Made by a program: the position numbers and the translations under genes. 64,000 nucleotides of DNA from Bacteriovoracia bacterium (lineage in GTDB: Bacteria > Bdellovibrionota > UBA1018 > CAIPTA01): contig JBFWVL010000001.1 of assembly GCA_050246755.1 (NCBI GenBank), positions 1,280,001-1,344,000 of the forward strand, in the 5' to 3' direction. Shown in pieces: positions 10,408 to 20,408 of this stretch (within the stretch, counting starts at the first letter, position 1; every line of letters begins with the position of its first letter). The notes beneath the pieces were generated by a model that was not told where the DNA came from, searched no databases, and worked only from the letters and a program-made list of their open reading frames with translations.

Positions 10408-11280
10408 ATGCCTGAACTTCCCGAAGTAGAAACCGCCCGCCTTCGCTTAGAAAAAGCACTTAAGGGCAAGGTGATCCGCGAAGCGGACGCCGATGCTTCC
10501 GACCGCTTTCTTTTCCTCGGTACCGATGCTCAAGAGTTTCGCCGGCTTCTCGAAGGCGCTAAGGTTAAAGCCACCGGGCGTAAAGGAAAATATTTTTGGC
10601 TGGAACTCGATCGTAAGCCCTGGCCGGTTTTTCATCTCGGCATGACGGGCGACGTAGAAATCCGCCACCTCGGCAAAGGCGTGCACCGTCCCGGTTGGGG
10701 CGGGCTTAAGCTTTGGAGCGAACGCGGCCGCGACCAGGCTCCCCCCGCCGGAGTTCCTTTCTTTACCCGTGTTCACCTTCGCGCGAACAACGGTACCGAA
10801 GTGGCGATCACCGACCCGCGCAAGTTCGGCCGGGTATTCTTCGCGGAGAATCCCTTACTGCATCCACGGTTGAAAAAACTCGGCTTCGATCCACTCCAAG
10901 ATTTTCCCGCGGCCAAGAAGCTCGCGCTTCTGCTCCGAAAGCGCAAAGCCCCCATCAAGGCAGTGTTGCTCGACCAAAAGCTTTTTGCCGGCGTAGGGAA
11001 CTATCTAGCCGACGAATTTCTTTTCCAAGCCAAAATATCGCCGCATCGAATCGCCGCGAAATTAAGTGCCGCGGAGGTCGCGCGACTGCGCGCGAAAATC
11101 ATTTCCGTGATCAAGAAGGCGGTAGCGGTAGAAGCGGACTATGAATTTTTTCCCAAAGGCTGGCTCTTTCATCACCGCTGGGGGAAAAACGTGAATGCGC
11201 GCACGCACACGAAGCAGAAAATCGTTCACGAAGAAATCGGCGGCCGCACTACCGCCTGGGTTCCGAGCGTGCAGAAATAA
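10408..11280 (+). CDS. mutM: Fpg/Nei family DNA glycosylase (zinc-less finger type)
   Basis: N-terminal MPELPEVE, GKY, HLGMTG, DPRKFG, H2TH motif LLDQKLFAGVGNYLADE. Confidence 0.9.
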   Translation: MPELPEVETARLRLEKALKGKVIREADADASDRFLFLGTDAQEFRRLLEGAKVKATGRKGKYFWLELDRKPWPVFHLGMTGDVEIRHLGKGVHRPGWGGLKLWSERGRDQAPPAGVPFFTRVHLRANNGTEVAITDPRKFGRVFFAENPLLHPRLKKLGFDPLQDFPAAKKLALLLRKRKAPIKAVLLDQKLFAGVGNYLADEFLFQAKISPHRIAAKLSAAEVARLRAKIISVIKKAVAVEADYEFFPKGWLFHHRWGKNVNARTHTKQKIVHEEIGGRTTAWVPSVQK

Positions 11281-12258
11281 TTAGGCGTTATACGCGCGGC
11301 TCGACGCGCGCTCCAGGCGGTCCCAAATCGCATCCCAGATTCCGCCTTCTTGTTCTTTGCGGCGAAACACGTAGATAAAGGTAGCGCCGGAATCCGAGCA
11401 CTCGCGCATCCGCAAATAGAGCGAACGGGCCGCAATCCGCGGGTTAGCGTCCAGACGTAGCTCCGCCCCCTGCACGTTGCGCTCAAATTGAAAATCCGCG
11501 CAAACTTCATCGCGGGTACTCTGCTTTAACGCCGGCCCATTCTGCCGGATGATCACGAGTGGAATATTGGGCATATAGTGATTTTCGGTATTGCCGGGTG
11601 AGGCCATACTGGACGCGCGCCGTACTTCGAACGGCAGTCCCCGCTCCTTTAGCGCCGCCTCGAGGAGATCGGCCGTCACGGCTCCTGGCCTCAGCACCGT
11701 CACGATGCCCTTGCCATTTTCTTCCGTGATGGCCACCACGGTGGATTCCAGGCCCACTTCAGACTGGCCCCCGTCGAGAATGAAAATATCCTCTTTTTCG
11801 AACCCTTTACGCACGTGTTCGGCCTTGGTAGGGCTGGTTTTCCCGAACTTATTGGCACTAGGGGCCGCCAGCGGAACCTCGCATTTCTTGATGAGCGCCC
11901 TAGCCACCGGATGCGCGGGCATGCGGATTCCCACCGTTTCTAGCCCGGCGGTAATGAGGGGATTCAAGTTAGGGTGTTTAGGTAAAACCATGGTGAGAGG
12001 GCCTGGCCAAAAACGCTCGGCGAGAAAATCCGCCAAAGGCGGCCAAGAGGAAATTACCTGTTCCTTTTGCTCTAGATCGTCGATGTGTACGATCAGCGGA
12101 TCGAAAAAAGGCCTTTCCTTGATGGCAAAGATCTTCCGGATCCCTTCTTCGCTCTGAATGGAGGCCGCTAAGCCATAGACCGTTTCTGTCGGCAGAGCTA
12201 CCACGCCCCCCGATAGGATCAATTTTTTCGCCTGCTCTAGCTCGTGGTCTAAGGTCAT
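11281..12258 (-). CDS. sua5: L-threonylcarbamoyladenylate synthase (Sua5 type)
   Basis: PTETVYGL, KERPFFDPLIVH, FWPGPLT, AAPSAN, SPG...HY Sua5 linker. Confidence 0.93.
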   Translation of the reverse strand: MTLDHELEQAKKLILSGGVVALPTETVYGLAASIQSEEGIRKIFAIKERPFFDPLIVHIDDLEQKEQVISSWPPLADFLAERFWPGPLTMVLPKHPNLNPLITAGLETVGIRMPAHPVARALIKKCEVPLAAPSANKFGKTSPTKAEHVRKGFEKEDIFILDGGQSEVGLESTVVAITEENGKGIVTVLRPGAVTADLLEAALKERGLPFEVRRASSMASPGNTENHYMPNIPLVIIRQNGPALKQSTRDEVCADFQFERNVQGAELRLDANPRIAARSLYLRMRECSDSGATFIYVFRRKEQEGGIWDAIWDRLERASSRAYNA

Positions 12259-12279
12259 AAATTATACTATAAGGGGCCT

Positions 12280-12912
12280 ATGAAACTCTTTGGTACCTAT
12301 CCCTCGCATTTTACCCGAAAAGTCCGGGTGGTTCTGCAAGAACTGGGGCTGGAATATCAGTTTAACGTGCTCCCGAGCTTAGGGGAAATAGGGGTAGAGC
12401 ATTTTGCCAATAATCCGCTCCTCCAGCTACCGACCCTAGTGTATGGCGAACGGGAAATTATCGAATCAGACATCATCTGCCGTTATTTACTGGAAAATTT
12501 TGGGCAAAAATCCCCGGAACTACGTTTTTTACCGTCGAGCGGGGATAAGTACGCTCACGAAAAAAGGTTAGCCGTAATGAATGGCGGCATGGCCGCGGGC
12601 GTTAAAATTATTCGCGGGAAACGCAGCAATATACCAAATTTTATGGAGTTCCTTTTGTTTCGCCAGGAAGCGGCCGCGCTCCAATCGTCCCTAAAGTGGC
12701 TCGATGCAGACTTAGGCCATCGTACTTGTTACCAGGCCGGCGAATTTACTCTGCTTGATATCACCCTGGTGAGCTTCGCCGACTGGGCCGTGTTCCGCGA
12801 AATGATTCCCTCGCTCGCCGCCTTTCCCAATCTTCAGCGCTTCGTGGAAGCCAATCGCGGTCGGCTTTCTTTGGCCAGCACTCATCCCGCGCTCGAGGGG
12901 CCGGTAAAATGA
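12280..12912 (+). CDS. Glutathione S-transferase family protein
   Basis: SHFTRKVRV, NPLLQLPTL, ESDIICRYL, FTLLDI N-cap motif. Confidence 0.88.
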   Translation: MKLFGTYPSHFTRKVRVVLQELGLEYQFNVLPSLGEIGVEHFANNPLLQLPTLVYGEREIIESDIICRYLLENFGQKSPELRFLPSSGDKYAHEKRLAVMNGGMAAGVKIIRGKRSNIPNFMEFLLFRQEAAALQSSLKWLDADLGHRTCYQAGEFTLLDITLVSFADWAVFREMIPSLAAFPNLQRFVEANRGRLSLASTHPALEGPVK

Positions 12913-13373
12913 AAACGTTTTGCCGCCTCTACTACCGCATCCCATTTTCCGAAACCGACGCTATGGGAATCGTTCATCACTCCAACCACGCCAAATATTT
13001 GGAACGGGGAAGGGTGGAATTTCTTCGCCTGATCGGCAGCAGCTACGGCGAAGTGGTAAAGGCGGGTTTTCATTTTCCCCTCACGGAACTTCGCACGGAA
13101 TTTAAACGCCCGCTGGTCTTCGATGAAGTAATTTTGATCGAAACCGAGATCTCGAAACTGACGCGCACCCGCATGAATTTTTCTTATAAAATTTATTCGG
13201 TGAAAGAGCTGGCCCTGCCTTCGCTGGCCCACGAGCCCTTTACCGAGCGCGCCAAAGTACTGGGCGAAACATTTCATTGCTGCACAAACATGCAGAACCG
13301 GCCGGTAGAAGTGTCGCCGGAATTATTTGCTACACTTCAAGGCGCGTATGGAGGCCAAGATGATAACGATTAA
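12909..13373 (+). CDS. YbgC/4HBT-family acyl-CoA thioesterase
   Basis: ETDAMGIVHHSNHAKYLERGR hot-dog motif. Confidence 0.9.
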   Translation: MKTFCRLYYRIPFSETDAMGIVHHSNHAKYLERGRVEFLRLIGSSYGEVVKAGFHFPLTELRTEFKRPLVFDEVILIETEISKLTRTRMNFSYKIYSVKELALPSLAHEPFTERAKVLGETFHCCTNMQNRPVEVSPELFATLQGAYGGQDDND

Positions 13374-14136
13374 ATCGGAGCGCGAGATCCAGCTGATGCG
13401 AGCCGCAGGAAAATTGGCCGCCAAGTGCCTTCGCGAAATGGGCGCGCTGGTAAAGGCCGGAAATACTCCGCTCGAGATCGATCGCGCTTGCCGCGAATGG
13501 ACCTCGCGCCACGACGCCATCCCCGCACCGCTTAATTATAAAGGCACTTACCCGGCCAGCCTCTGCGTTTCGGTGAACGATGTGGTTTGCCACGGCATTC
13601 CCGACAAGCGACCATTTAAAAACGGCGACATCGTGAATCTCGACGTTACGCCGATTCTCAACGGCTACCACGGCGACACGAACGCCACTTTTTTCGTGGG
13701 GGAGGTTCCGGAAGACGTGAGGAAGTTCGTGAGCACCGCGTACCTCGGGATGTGGGCGGGAATACGGCAGGTTCGTCCGGGAAATACGCTGGGCGACGTT
13801 GGCTACGCGATCGAGACGCTGGTGAAAGCTCGTGGTTATTCGGTTGTTTTGGAATATTGCGGCCACGGCATCGGCAGAAATTTCCACGAAGATCCGGTGG
13901 TAATGCACGTCGGTCGTCCCAAGCAGGGCGTGATTCTTAAGCCCGGCATGACCTTCACCATTGAGCCAATGATTAATATGGGTGGCGCAAAAACCACCGC
14001 GGACGACGACGGCTGGACCGCGCGCACGGCCGACGGCTCTTTGTCGGCGCAGTTTGAGCATACCGTGCTCGTTACTCCAGACGGCGTGGAAGTCCTTACC
14101 CTGGGAGAAGGCGAAACGCCTCCGCCGGCGCAATGA
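13360..14136 (+). CDS. map: Type I methionine aminopeptidase
   Basis: SVNDVVCHGIP, GYHGDT, GHGIG, FTIEPMIN, SAQFEHT; GGAGG upstream of ATG 13360. Confidence 0.96.
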   Translation: MITIKSEREIQLMRAAGKLAAKCLREMGALVKAGNTPLEIDRACREWTSRHDAIPAPLNYKGTYPASLCVSVNDVVCHGIPDKRPFKNGDIVNLDVTPILNGYHGDTNATFFVGEVPEDVRKFVSTAYLGMWAGIRQVRPGNTLGDVGYAIETLVKARGYSVVLEYCGHGIGRNFHEDPVVMHVGRPKQGVILKPGMTFTIEPMINMGGAKTTADDDGWTARTADGSLSAQFEHTVLVTPDGVEVLTLGEGETPPPAQ

Positions 14137-15218
14137 TCGACAGCCAAGAAATCATTGAACGAGCGCGCGGCACCGGGCCATTCTTCGCACTCGCGGAATC
14201 CAGAAAGCCTACCACCTTTGCGTGGGGAGAAGGAACGGGCGAAGAACTCTCTTGCCGGCTAAGTAAATTTTATTCTCCGCTCGATAAAAGCTCCGAGCTC
14301 TGGAGCGGATTCTCCCTCTTCACCAACCTGCGCCCCATGCATTCGGAGACTCTGGAGCGCCTTCCGCTCATTTCTCCGGTGCGCCACCTGCCTCCTCCAG
14401 CGGTAGAAGAAAAATCTAATTGGAATCAGCTTTGCGCCAAGATCGCCGACGCAATCGACTCTGGGCTGCTTCAAAAAGTGGTTCCCGCGCGCCTTCGCTC
14501 CTTTCCTCTCCATCCCGAAGAAAGAAGTAAAATTCTAGATTCTATCTTCGCCAATCTATTCGCTCCGTCTTCCGCGAATGCCTATCGATTTTTGGTGCGC
14601 GAGAAAGAAGACGTATTTTTTGGCGCGACGCCAGAATTATTATTTCGCCGAGAAAATGAAACCATTTTTGTGCCCGCCATCGCCGGCACTCGCGCTCTTT
14701 CCATCGCCACCGAGGCGGAAGCCACTGCCGATCTCATGGAATCCGCCAAAGAACGCGAAGAGCATTCGCTGGTGGTAGAGGGAATTATTTCCAGCCTCCG
14801 CTCGTTGGGCCTTAGGCCTAAAGCCCCCAAAGCTCCCGACATCCTGAAGGTGCCCGGCCATATCCACCTTTTTACGCCCATTTCGGCGGAAGATACTGGC
14901 CTGATCCCGAGTGAGCAATTGATGGCCGCGCTTCATCCCACCCCCGCCGTTGGCGGATGGCCAAAGGTGCCGGCACAGGATTTTCTTTTTACCCACGAAC
15001 GCTGGGACCGCGGGCTTTTCGCCAGCCCTATTCTTTTTCAATTCCCGGAAAAGGAAATCTGCTTGGTTGCTATTCGTTCCGGTTTACTCCGTGCAGACGG
15101 CTTACACCTTTTTGCGGGGGCCGGATTTGTGCGTGAATCCCAGGCCGAAACTGAGTGGGCCGAAACCGATCGAAAAATGGATGTTCTACAGTCTTTGCTC
15201 ACGGGAAAATCGCTATGA
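14133..15218 (+). CDS. menF: Isochorismate synthase
   Basis: KVVPAR, GATPE, AGT, KEREEH, LHPTPAVGG, IRSG, AGAG chorismate-binding motifs; first gene of men cluster. Confidence 0.85.
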   Translation: MIDSQEIIERARGTGPFFALAESRKPTTFAWGEGTGEELSCRLSKFYSPLDKSSELWSGFSLFTNLRPMHSETLERLPLISPVRHLPPPAVEEKSNWNQLCAKIADAIDSGLLQKVVPARLRSFPLHPEERSKILDSIFANLFAPSSANAYRFLVREKEDVFFGATPELLFRRENETIFVPAIAGTRALSIATEAEATADLMESAKEREEHSLVVEGIISSLRSLGLRPKAPKAPDILKVPGHIHLFTPISAEDTGLIPSEQLMAALHPTPAVGGWPKVPAQDFLFTHERWDRGLFASPILFQFPEKEICLVAIRSGLLRADGLHLFAGAGFVRESQAETEWAETDRKMDVLQSLLTGKSL

Positions 15219-16942
15219 ACGATTCTAACTCCACCTTATCATTTCGCGCGGCCCTCGTGGCGATGAGGCAACTGGAAGCCTCTGGAGTAAAAGTGGTCGT
15301 GGCGTCTCCAGGCCTGCGTAACTCCCCTTTGCTTTTAGCGGCCCACCAAACTCCCGGCCTAAAAGTTATAACCGCCGTAGACGAAAGGGGCGGGGCCTTC
15401 CTCGCCTTGGGTATCTGCCGGGCCAAGCGGGAGCCTACGGCCATCCTCTGCACCTCCGGCACGGCCGTGGCGAATTATTTTCCCGCTGTTCTCGAGGCAA
15501 ACCATTCTCAGCTTCCCCTGGTGGTATTAACCGCCGATCGCCCCACGGAGCTCGTGGGCACGGGGGCGAACCAGTGCACCGACCAAACGAAAATTTTTGG
15601 CTCGCACGTGCGGTTTTACGCCGAAGTAGGCCCCGTGGCCGCTACCGCTTCGAGCCTAGAGCAAGCAGCCTACGCCGTGGGACGCGCGGTCGCAAAGGCT
15701 CGGGGACCGAGCGCGGGCCCCGTGCACCTCAACCTCCGCTTTCGGGAACCTTTCCTCCCCGAAGCCGGAGCATTTCCCGACTCTTCGCGGCCCACCGGCC
15801 AACCCTGGGCATTTTTCCAGGCGATCTCTGCGCCGACGCAAGAACACGCCGAGGCGATCCGGTCGCTCCTCGAGGGTGCAGAACGCCCTTTAATCCTCCT
15901 TGGTCCAGCTCAACTTTCTAAGACTGACGCGAAGATGCTTGCGCAATTTTCGCACCGCACTCGCATTCCCCTGCTCGCAGAAGCGGCTTCCGGAATCGCT
16001 TTTCAGGGGAGTGATTCTTCTCCGTATACCATTCATCGTCTCGAAACGATTTTAGAGCAGATGCTGGATGGCAAGTTGCCCGCGCCGGACTTAATCCTCC
16101 GTTTCGGGGAACCCGTCACGGGCCGCGCACTGGGAAGGCTCCTCGCTAAGCATCCCGTTCCGCAATTGGTGTTTGAAGAATGGGGAGAGGCCAGAGAGCC
16201 GAATCTTCATCCATCTATTTTTCTCGAAGGCGGCCTATCTCTTTGGATTGCTTCGCTCGCTCAAATGGAGACTCCCCAAGTAAATCGCGCGTGGCCTGAA
16301 GGCCTGCTGAAAGCAGACGCGGATCTAGAATCCGACATAACGCTCCACCTCGACCAGGAAGACACGCTGACGGAGTGGCACTTCCATCGCGCGCTCGCCG
16401 AAAAAATCGGCGACTCCGCGGCGATTTTCATCGGGAACAGCATGCCGATCCGTGATTTTAATTCAGTATTTCCGCGCTCTCCAAAAAATTTCTCCGTGTT
16501 TGCGAACCGTGGCCTTAGCGGCATAGACGGCCTGCTGGCCACCGCGGCCGGAATCGCCTTCACCACGAAAAGTGAAACGCACGCCGTGGTGGGTGATCTC
16601 TCCGCGCTCCACGATATCAACTCGCTGGCCCTCCTCCATTCGTTACGCGAAGAAATAAACCTCACGGTTTGGGTGATGAATAACGGCGGAGGCGAAATTT
16701 TTCGGATTGTACCAACCGCAAAAACGGGAGAAAATATCGAGTGGTTCACCACTCCCCAGGAATTTGACCTGGCCGGCCTCGCAAAAGGATTCCGCATTTC
16801 TTACGCTCGTCTCTATAACCAGCAAGATCTTGCCGAGTTATCGGGAGAAGCATTTTCACATCGCGGAGTACGTCTGATCGAAGTTCTATTCGACCCGGAA
16901 ACTAATCTTCACGTGAGGAAGTCTTTCCAGGATCGCAAATGA
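15215..16942 (+). CDS. menD: SEPHCHC synthase
   Basis: SPGLRNSPL, DERGGAFLALG, CTSGTAVAN, TADRP, NSMPIRD, NRGLSGIDG, GDLSALHD, NNGGGEIF. Confidence 0.95.
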   Translation: MNDSNSTLSFRAALVAMRQLEASGVKVVVASPGLRNSPLLLAAHQTPGLKVITAVDERGGAFLALGICRAKREPTAILCTSGTAVANYFPAVLEANHSQLPLVVLTADRPTELVGTGANQCTDQTKIFGSHVRFYAEVGPVAATASSLEQAAYAVGRAVAKARGPSAGPVHLNLRFREPFLPEAGAFPDSSRPTGQPWAFFQAISAPTQEHAEAIRSLLEGAERPLILLGPAQLSKTDAKMLAQFSHRTRIPLLAEAASGIAFQGSDSSPYTIHRLETILEQMLDGKLPAPDLILRFGEPVTGRALGRLLAKHPVPQLVFEEWGEAREPNLHPSIFLEGGLSLWIASLAQMETPQVNRAWPEGLLKADADLESDITLHLDQEDTLTEWHFHRALAEKIGDSAAIFIGNSMPIRDFNSVFPRSPKNFSVFANRGLSGIDGLLATAAGIAFTTKSETHAVVGDLSALHDINSLALLHSLREEINLTVWVMNNGGGEIFRIVPTAKTGENIEWFTTPQEFDLAGLAKGFRISYARLYNQQDLAELSGEAFSHRGVRLIEVLFDPETNLHVRKSFQDRK

Positions 16943-17655
16943 GTTTCGTTTACCTGCACGGAATGGGGGGAAGCCCGGCAGATTGGCGCCAGGTGCAATC
17001 TTTTCTTCCCGGAACATCTATTGCTCTTCCGGCCAGCGAGTCGTTCGCCGAAATGATTCCTTTGCTCGCGGAAAAAATTTCAAAAGTTCCCGCGCCGGTG
17101 CTTTGCGGCTATTCAATGGGCGGAAGAGTCGCTCTTCTTTTGGCGGAAGAACTGCTGCGCCGGCAAATCCCGCCCGCGGGGGTAGCGCTTCTCTCCGCGG
17201 GTACGGGTATCTCCGGAGAAAAGGAGCGGGAGCTCCGCAACCAGATCGACGAGAAATGGGCTAAACTTGCCGCGGAGAATCCAGATAAGTTTTGGCAAGA
17301 CTGGTACCGGCAGCCCCTGTTCGCCTCTTTTTCCGCCCTACCGGTCCATCTGCAAAACGAATGGTTAATTGATAGAAAATCTATTGATTTCAATTATTTG
17401 TCTCAACAGCTGCGTGATCTTGGGCCGGCCAAACACCCCGACCTTCTTCCTATCTTTCCCAAGTTGCGGGCCGCTTCGATCTCCGTGCTTTACTTAGCCG
17501 GAGAACTGGATAAAAAGTACTTAGATCTCGCGCAAATACTGGCAAAACAGGAGCGGGCAACGGTGGAAATAATCCCGGGGGCCGGCCATATTTTGCCTCT
17601 CGAAGCGCCCAAAAAAATAGCGGAACGGTTGAGAGCTTTTTTCCCGTACGCGTAG
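16939..17655 (+). CDS. menH: Alpha/beta hydrolase, SHCHC synthase
   Basis: LHGMGG, GYSMGGRVAL, WYRQPLF, GELDKKY, AGH; between menD and menB. Confidence 0.88.
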   Translation: MSFVYLHGMGGSPADWRQVQSFLPGTSIALPASESFAEMIPLLAEKISKVPAPVLCGYSMGGRVALLLAEELLRRQIPPAGVALLSAGTGISGEKERELRNQIDEKWAKLAAENPDKFWQDWYRQPLFASFSALPVHLQNEWLIDRKSIDFNYLSQQLRDLGPAKHPDLLPIFPKLRAASISVLYLAGELDKKYLDLAQILAKQERATVEIIPGAGHILPLEAPKKIAERLRAFFPYA

Positions 17656-17667
17656 CAGGAGAAATAA

Positions 17668-18522
17668 ATGGCAAAAAATACCGACAGAAAAATTCTACCC
17701 GCCGATATTACTTGGCAACCCGCAGGAAAATTTCAGGATATTAAGTATGAAAAGTCTCCGGAAGGAATTGCCAAGATCACGATCAATCGCCCGGAATCAA
17801 GAAATGCTTTTCGCCCGCAAACCGTAAACGAGCTCATCACTTGCTTTAACGATGCGCGCGAAGATCCCAAGGTTGGCGTGGTCGTGCTGACCGGTGAAGG
17901 CCCTGATGCATTTTGCTCCGGCGGCGATCAGCGAGTACGCGGCGATAAAGGGTACGTAGGTTTCGATGGTGTACCACGCCTCAATATCCTCGACGTACAA
18001 AAGCAAATTCGCAGCATGCCAAAACCCGTGGTGGCGATGGTGGCCGGTTACGCAGTTGGTGGAGGCCACGTACTGCACGTAGTATGCGATCTCTCCATCG
18101 CGGCTGACAATGCCCGCTTCGGCCAAACTGGCCCCAAGGTGGGCAGCTTCGACGGCGGATTCGGCGCTAGCTACCTCGCCAGCATTGTCGGCCAAAAGAA
18201 AGCCCGTGAAATTTGGTATCTTTGCCGCCAATATAACGCACAGGAAGCCCTTGATATGGGACTCGTTAACACCGTGGTTCCCCTAGAAAATCTCGAATTG
18301 GAGACTATTTCTTGGTGCCGCAAGATTCTCGAGCATAGCCCGCTCGCGCTCCGTTGCTTAAAATCGGCCTTCAATGCCGATCTAGACGGCCAGTCAGGCA
18401 TCCAAGAGCTTGCCGGCAATGCCACTCTCCTCTATTACATGAGCGAAGAAGCTCAGGAGGGGAAGAAAGCCTACGTGGAGAAGCGCCGCCCGGACTTCGG
18501 TCGTTTCCCTCGGGTTCCCTAG
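17668..18522 (+). CDS. menB: 1,4-dihydroxy-2-naphthoyl-CoA synthase
   Basis: [34 protein letters not shown]. Confidence 0.97.
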   Translation: MAKNTDRKILPADITWQPAGKFQDIKYEKSPEGIAKITINRPESRNAFRPQTVNELITCFNDAREDPKVGVVVLTGEGPDAFCSGGDQRVRGDKGYVGFDGVPRLNILDVQKQIRSMPKPVVAMVAGYAVGGGHVLHVVCDLSIAADNARFGQTGPKVGSFDGGFGASYLASIVGQKKAREIWYLCRQYNAQEALDMGLVNTVVPLENLELETISWCRKILEHSPLALRCLKSAFNADLDGQSGIQELAGNATLLYYMSEEAQEGKKAYVEKRRPDFGRFPRVP

Positions 18523-19395
18523 ATGTCGCCTTGGATTTCCGCTTCCCGGCCTAAAACTTTGGTAGCGGGATTAATTCCGGTGGTTTTGGGTTCAGCCTTG
18601 GCCTTCCAGCAGGGGGGGTTTCGTCTGGCCGTATTCCTATGTGCACTAGGGGGAGCGCTGGCGATTCAGATCGGGACGAATTACGTAAACGACGCTTCCG
18701 ATTTCGAACGCGGGGCCGATAGCTTAGATCGACTCGGCCCCCCGCGAATGGCGGCTTCCGGGCTCCTCACTCCCAAAGCCCTCTACCAGGGAGCGGGCAT
18801 CGCATTTTTTATCGCATTGCTGTTTGGTATTTATTTAATCGCCACCGCCGGTCTTTGGATGTTGGCGATTGGCTTATTCTCTATTTTTTTCGCCGTAATT
18901 TATACTGCCGGTCCGTTTCCTCTCGCCTACCTTGGGCTCGGAGATTTTTTTGTACTCGTTTTTTTCGGCCTAGTGGCGGTGCTAGGCACGGTATTCGCTC
19001 ACTTGCACCGGATCCCGCCCGAAGCCACCTATCTCGCCTTAGCCACCGGACTGCAGGGCGTGGCGCTAATCGCGGTCAATAATCTTCGTGATATTCCTAC
19101 CGACAAAAAAGTGAACAAAAAAACTTTGGCCGTTCGTCTTGGCGATCGCGGATCAAGATTTTATTATTCCGCGCTCGTTTTTCTGCCTTACTTACTATGG
19201 CTTCCGCTACAAATGCGGCTCGGGGGAAGCTTTGGCTTTCTTCCCTTGCTTTCGCTTCCGCTTGCCTTCTCGAACGTCGATACTTGTTTTCGGATTCAGG
19301 ATCGCCGCCAGTTCAATCGACTTCTCGGAAAAACGGCCGCACTGCAGCTTCTTTTCGGAATTCTGGCCGTGGTCGCCCTGGTAAATGCCGCGTGA
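18523..19395 (+). CDS. menA: DHNA octaprenyltransferase
   Basis: RPKTL, NYVNDASDFERGAD, NNLRDIPTD...KKTLAVRLG UbiA motifs. Confidence 0.94.
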   Translation: MSPWISASRPKTLVAGLIPVVLGSALAFQQGGFRLAVFLCALGGALAIQIGTNYVNDASDFERGADSLDRLGPPRMAASGLLTPKALYQGAGIAFFIALLFGIYLIATAGLWMLAIGLFSIFFAVIYTAGPFPLAYLGLGDFFVLVFFGLVAVLGTVFAHLHRIPPEATYLALATGLQGVALIAVNNLRDIPTDKKVNKKTLAVRLGDRGSRFYYSALVFLPYLLWLPLQMRLGGSFGFLPLLSLPLAFSNVDTCFRIQDRRQFNRLLGKTAALQLLFGILAVVALVNAA

Positions 19396-20408
19396 CCTCC
19401 TCCTTTTCCTTCGCGGTGTACGAGCGGAATTTCACTGCACCTTTTCGTTATGGCCAAGAAACCCTAACCTCGCGGCGGGGCGTAATTATTCGCCGCCACA
19501 ACTCCGAAGGATCGTTCGTATGTTCCGAGGCATCACCTTTGGCGGGTCATTCTTCCGACCGCCTGGAAGAGGTGATTCAAACCTTGGAGCATAGCAGCTC
19601 CGCGCAGCTAGAAATGAATCTTATTCATTCAGAAAAATCTGCCGATCTCCCGGCCTCTCTCCGCTTCGCTCTCGAGGGCATTGCGATCCAAAGTGAAAAT
19701 TACGGAAATTTTCAGCCCGTTCACTCCAACGCGCTATTGCCGTGGCTAGGGCCAGAGCAAACACTAAGCCGTTTTAGAATTTTACAGCGTGAGGGTTACC
19801 GCACTTTTAAAGTCAAAATCAGCGACGAATCAATTTCGCAAATTCCCATTTTTTTAAAGTCGATTCCCGATACCGGCTGGAAAGTTCGCCTCGATGGAAA
19901 CCGCGCTCTTTCTCCGGCTCCACTTGCCCAATTTTTCCAGGAAGTCTCGCGCTTAGAATTGGCTGGACGCATCGACTACCTGGAAGAACCGCTTGCCGGA
20001 TGGCAGCATCCTCTTTTACGAGAATCCCCACTTGCGCTCGCGGCCGATGAAAGTGCCGGATCTCCGCAGGCGGCTTTGCGCCTTCTTGAAACGCCGAATT
20101 GCCCGCAGGTTTTCATCTTGAAGCCGACGGTATTGGGAGGATTAGCGTCTGTGTCACCGCTGGCCTCCCAGCTTAAGCGAGCGGGGAGACGCGCAGTATA
20201 CACTTCCGCCCTAGAGACTGAACCGGGCCGGCGCTCGATTATCGCTCTTTTGGGCAGGGAAGGAGCAGGAGAAGTGCATGGGCTTTCGACTGGCTTTTTG
20301 TTTCGCACCAATCTTCTTCCCGATGTCCCGCTATATGGAGAACTTCCGGTTATTTCCATGGAGGAAAAGCAGCTTTGGCAGGCATTAGACTGGCGCGGAT
20401 GCCCCTAA
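19392..20408 (+). CDS. menC: o-succinylbenzoate synthase
   Basis: Enolase-superfamily KVK, RLDGN, YLEEP, ALAADES, ILKPTVLGG; GTG start overlapping menA stop. Confidence 0.85.
   Translation: MTSSFSFAVYERNFTAPFRYGQETLTSRRGVIIRRHNSEGSFVCSEASPLAGHSSDRLEEVIQTLEHSSSAQLEMNLIHSEKSADLPASLRFALEGIAIQSENYGNFQPVHSNALLPWLGPEQTLSRFRILQREGYRTFKVKISDESISQIPIFLKSIPDTGWKVRLDGNRALSPAPLAQFFQEVSRLELAGRIDYLEEPLAGWQHPLLRESPLALAADESAGSPQAALRLLETPNCPQVFILKPTVLGGLASVSPLASQLKRAGRRAVYTSALETEPGRRSIIALLGREGAGEVHGLSTGFLFRTNLLPDVPLYGELPVISMEEKQLWQALDWRGCP

Noticed and set aside
13330-14133. 267-aa - strand ORF
   Set aside because: Antisense shadow of map.
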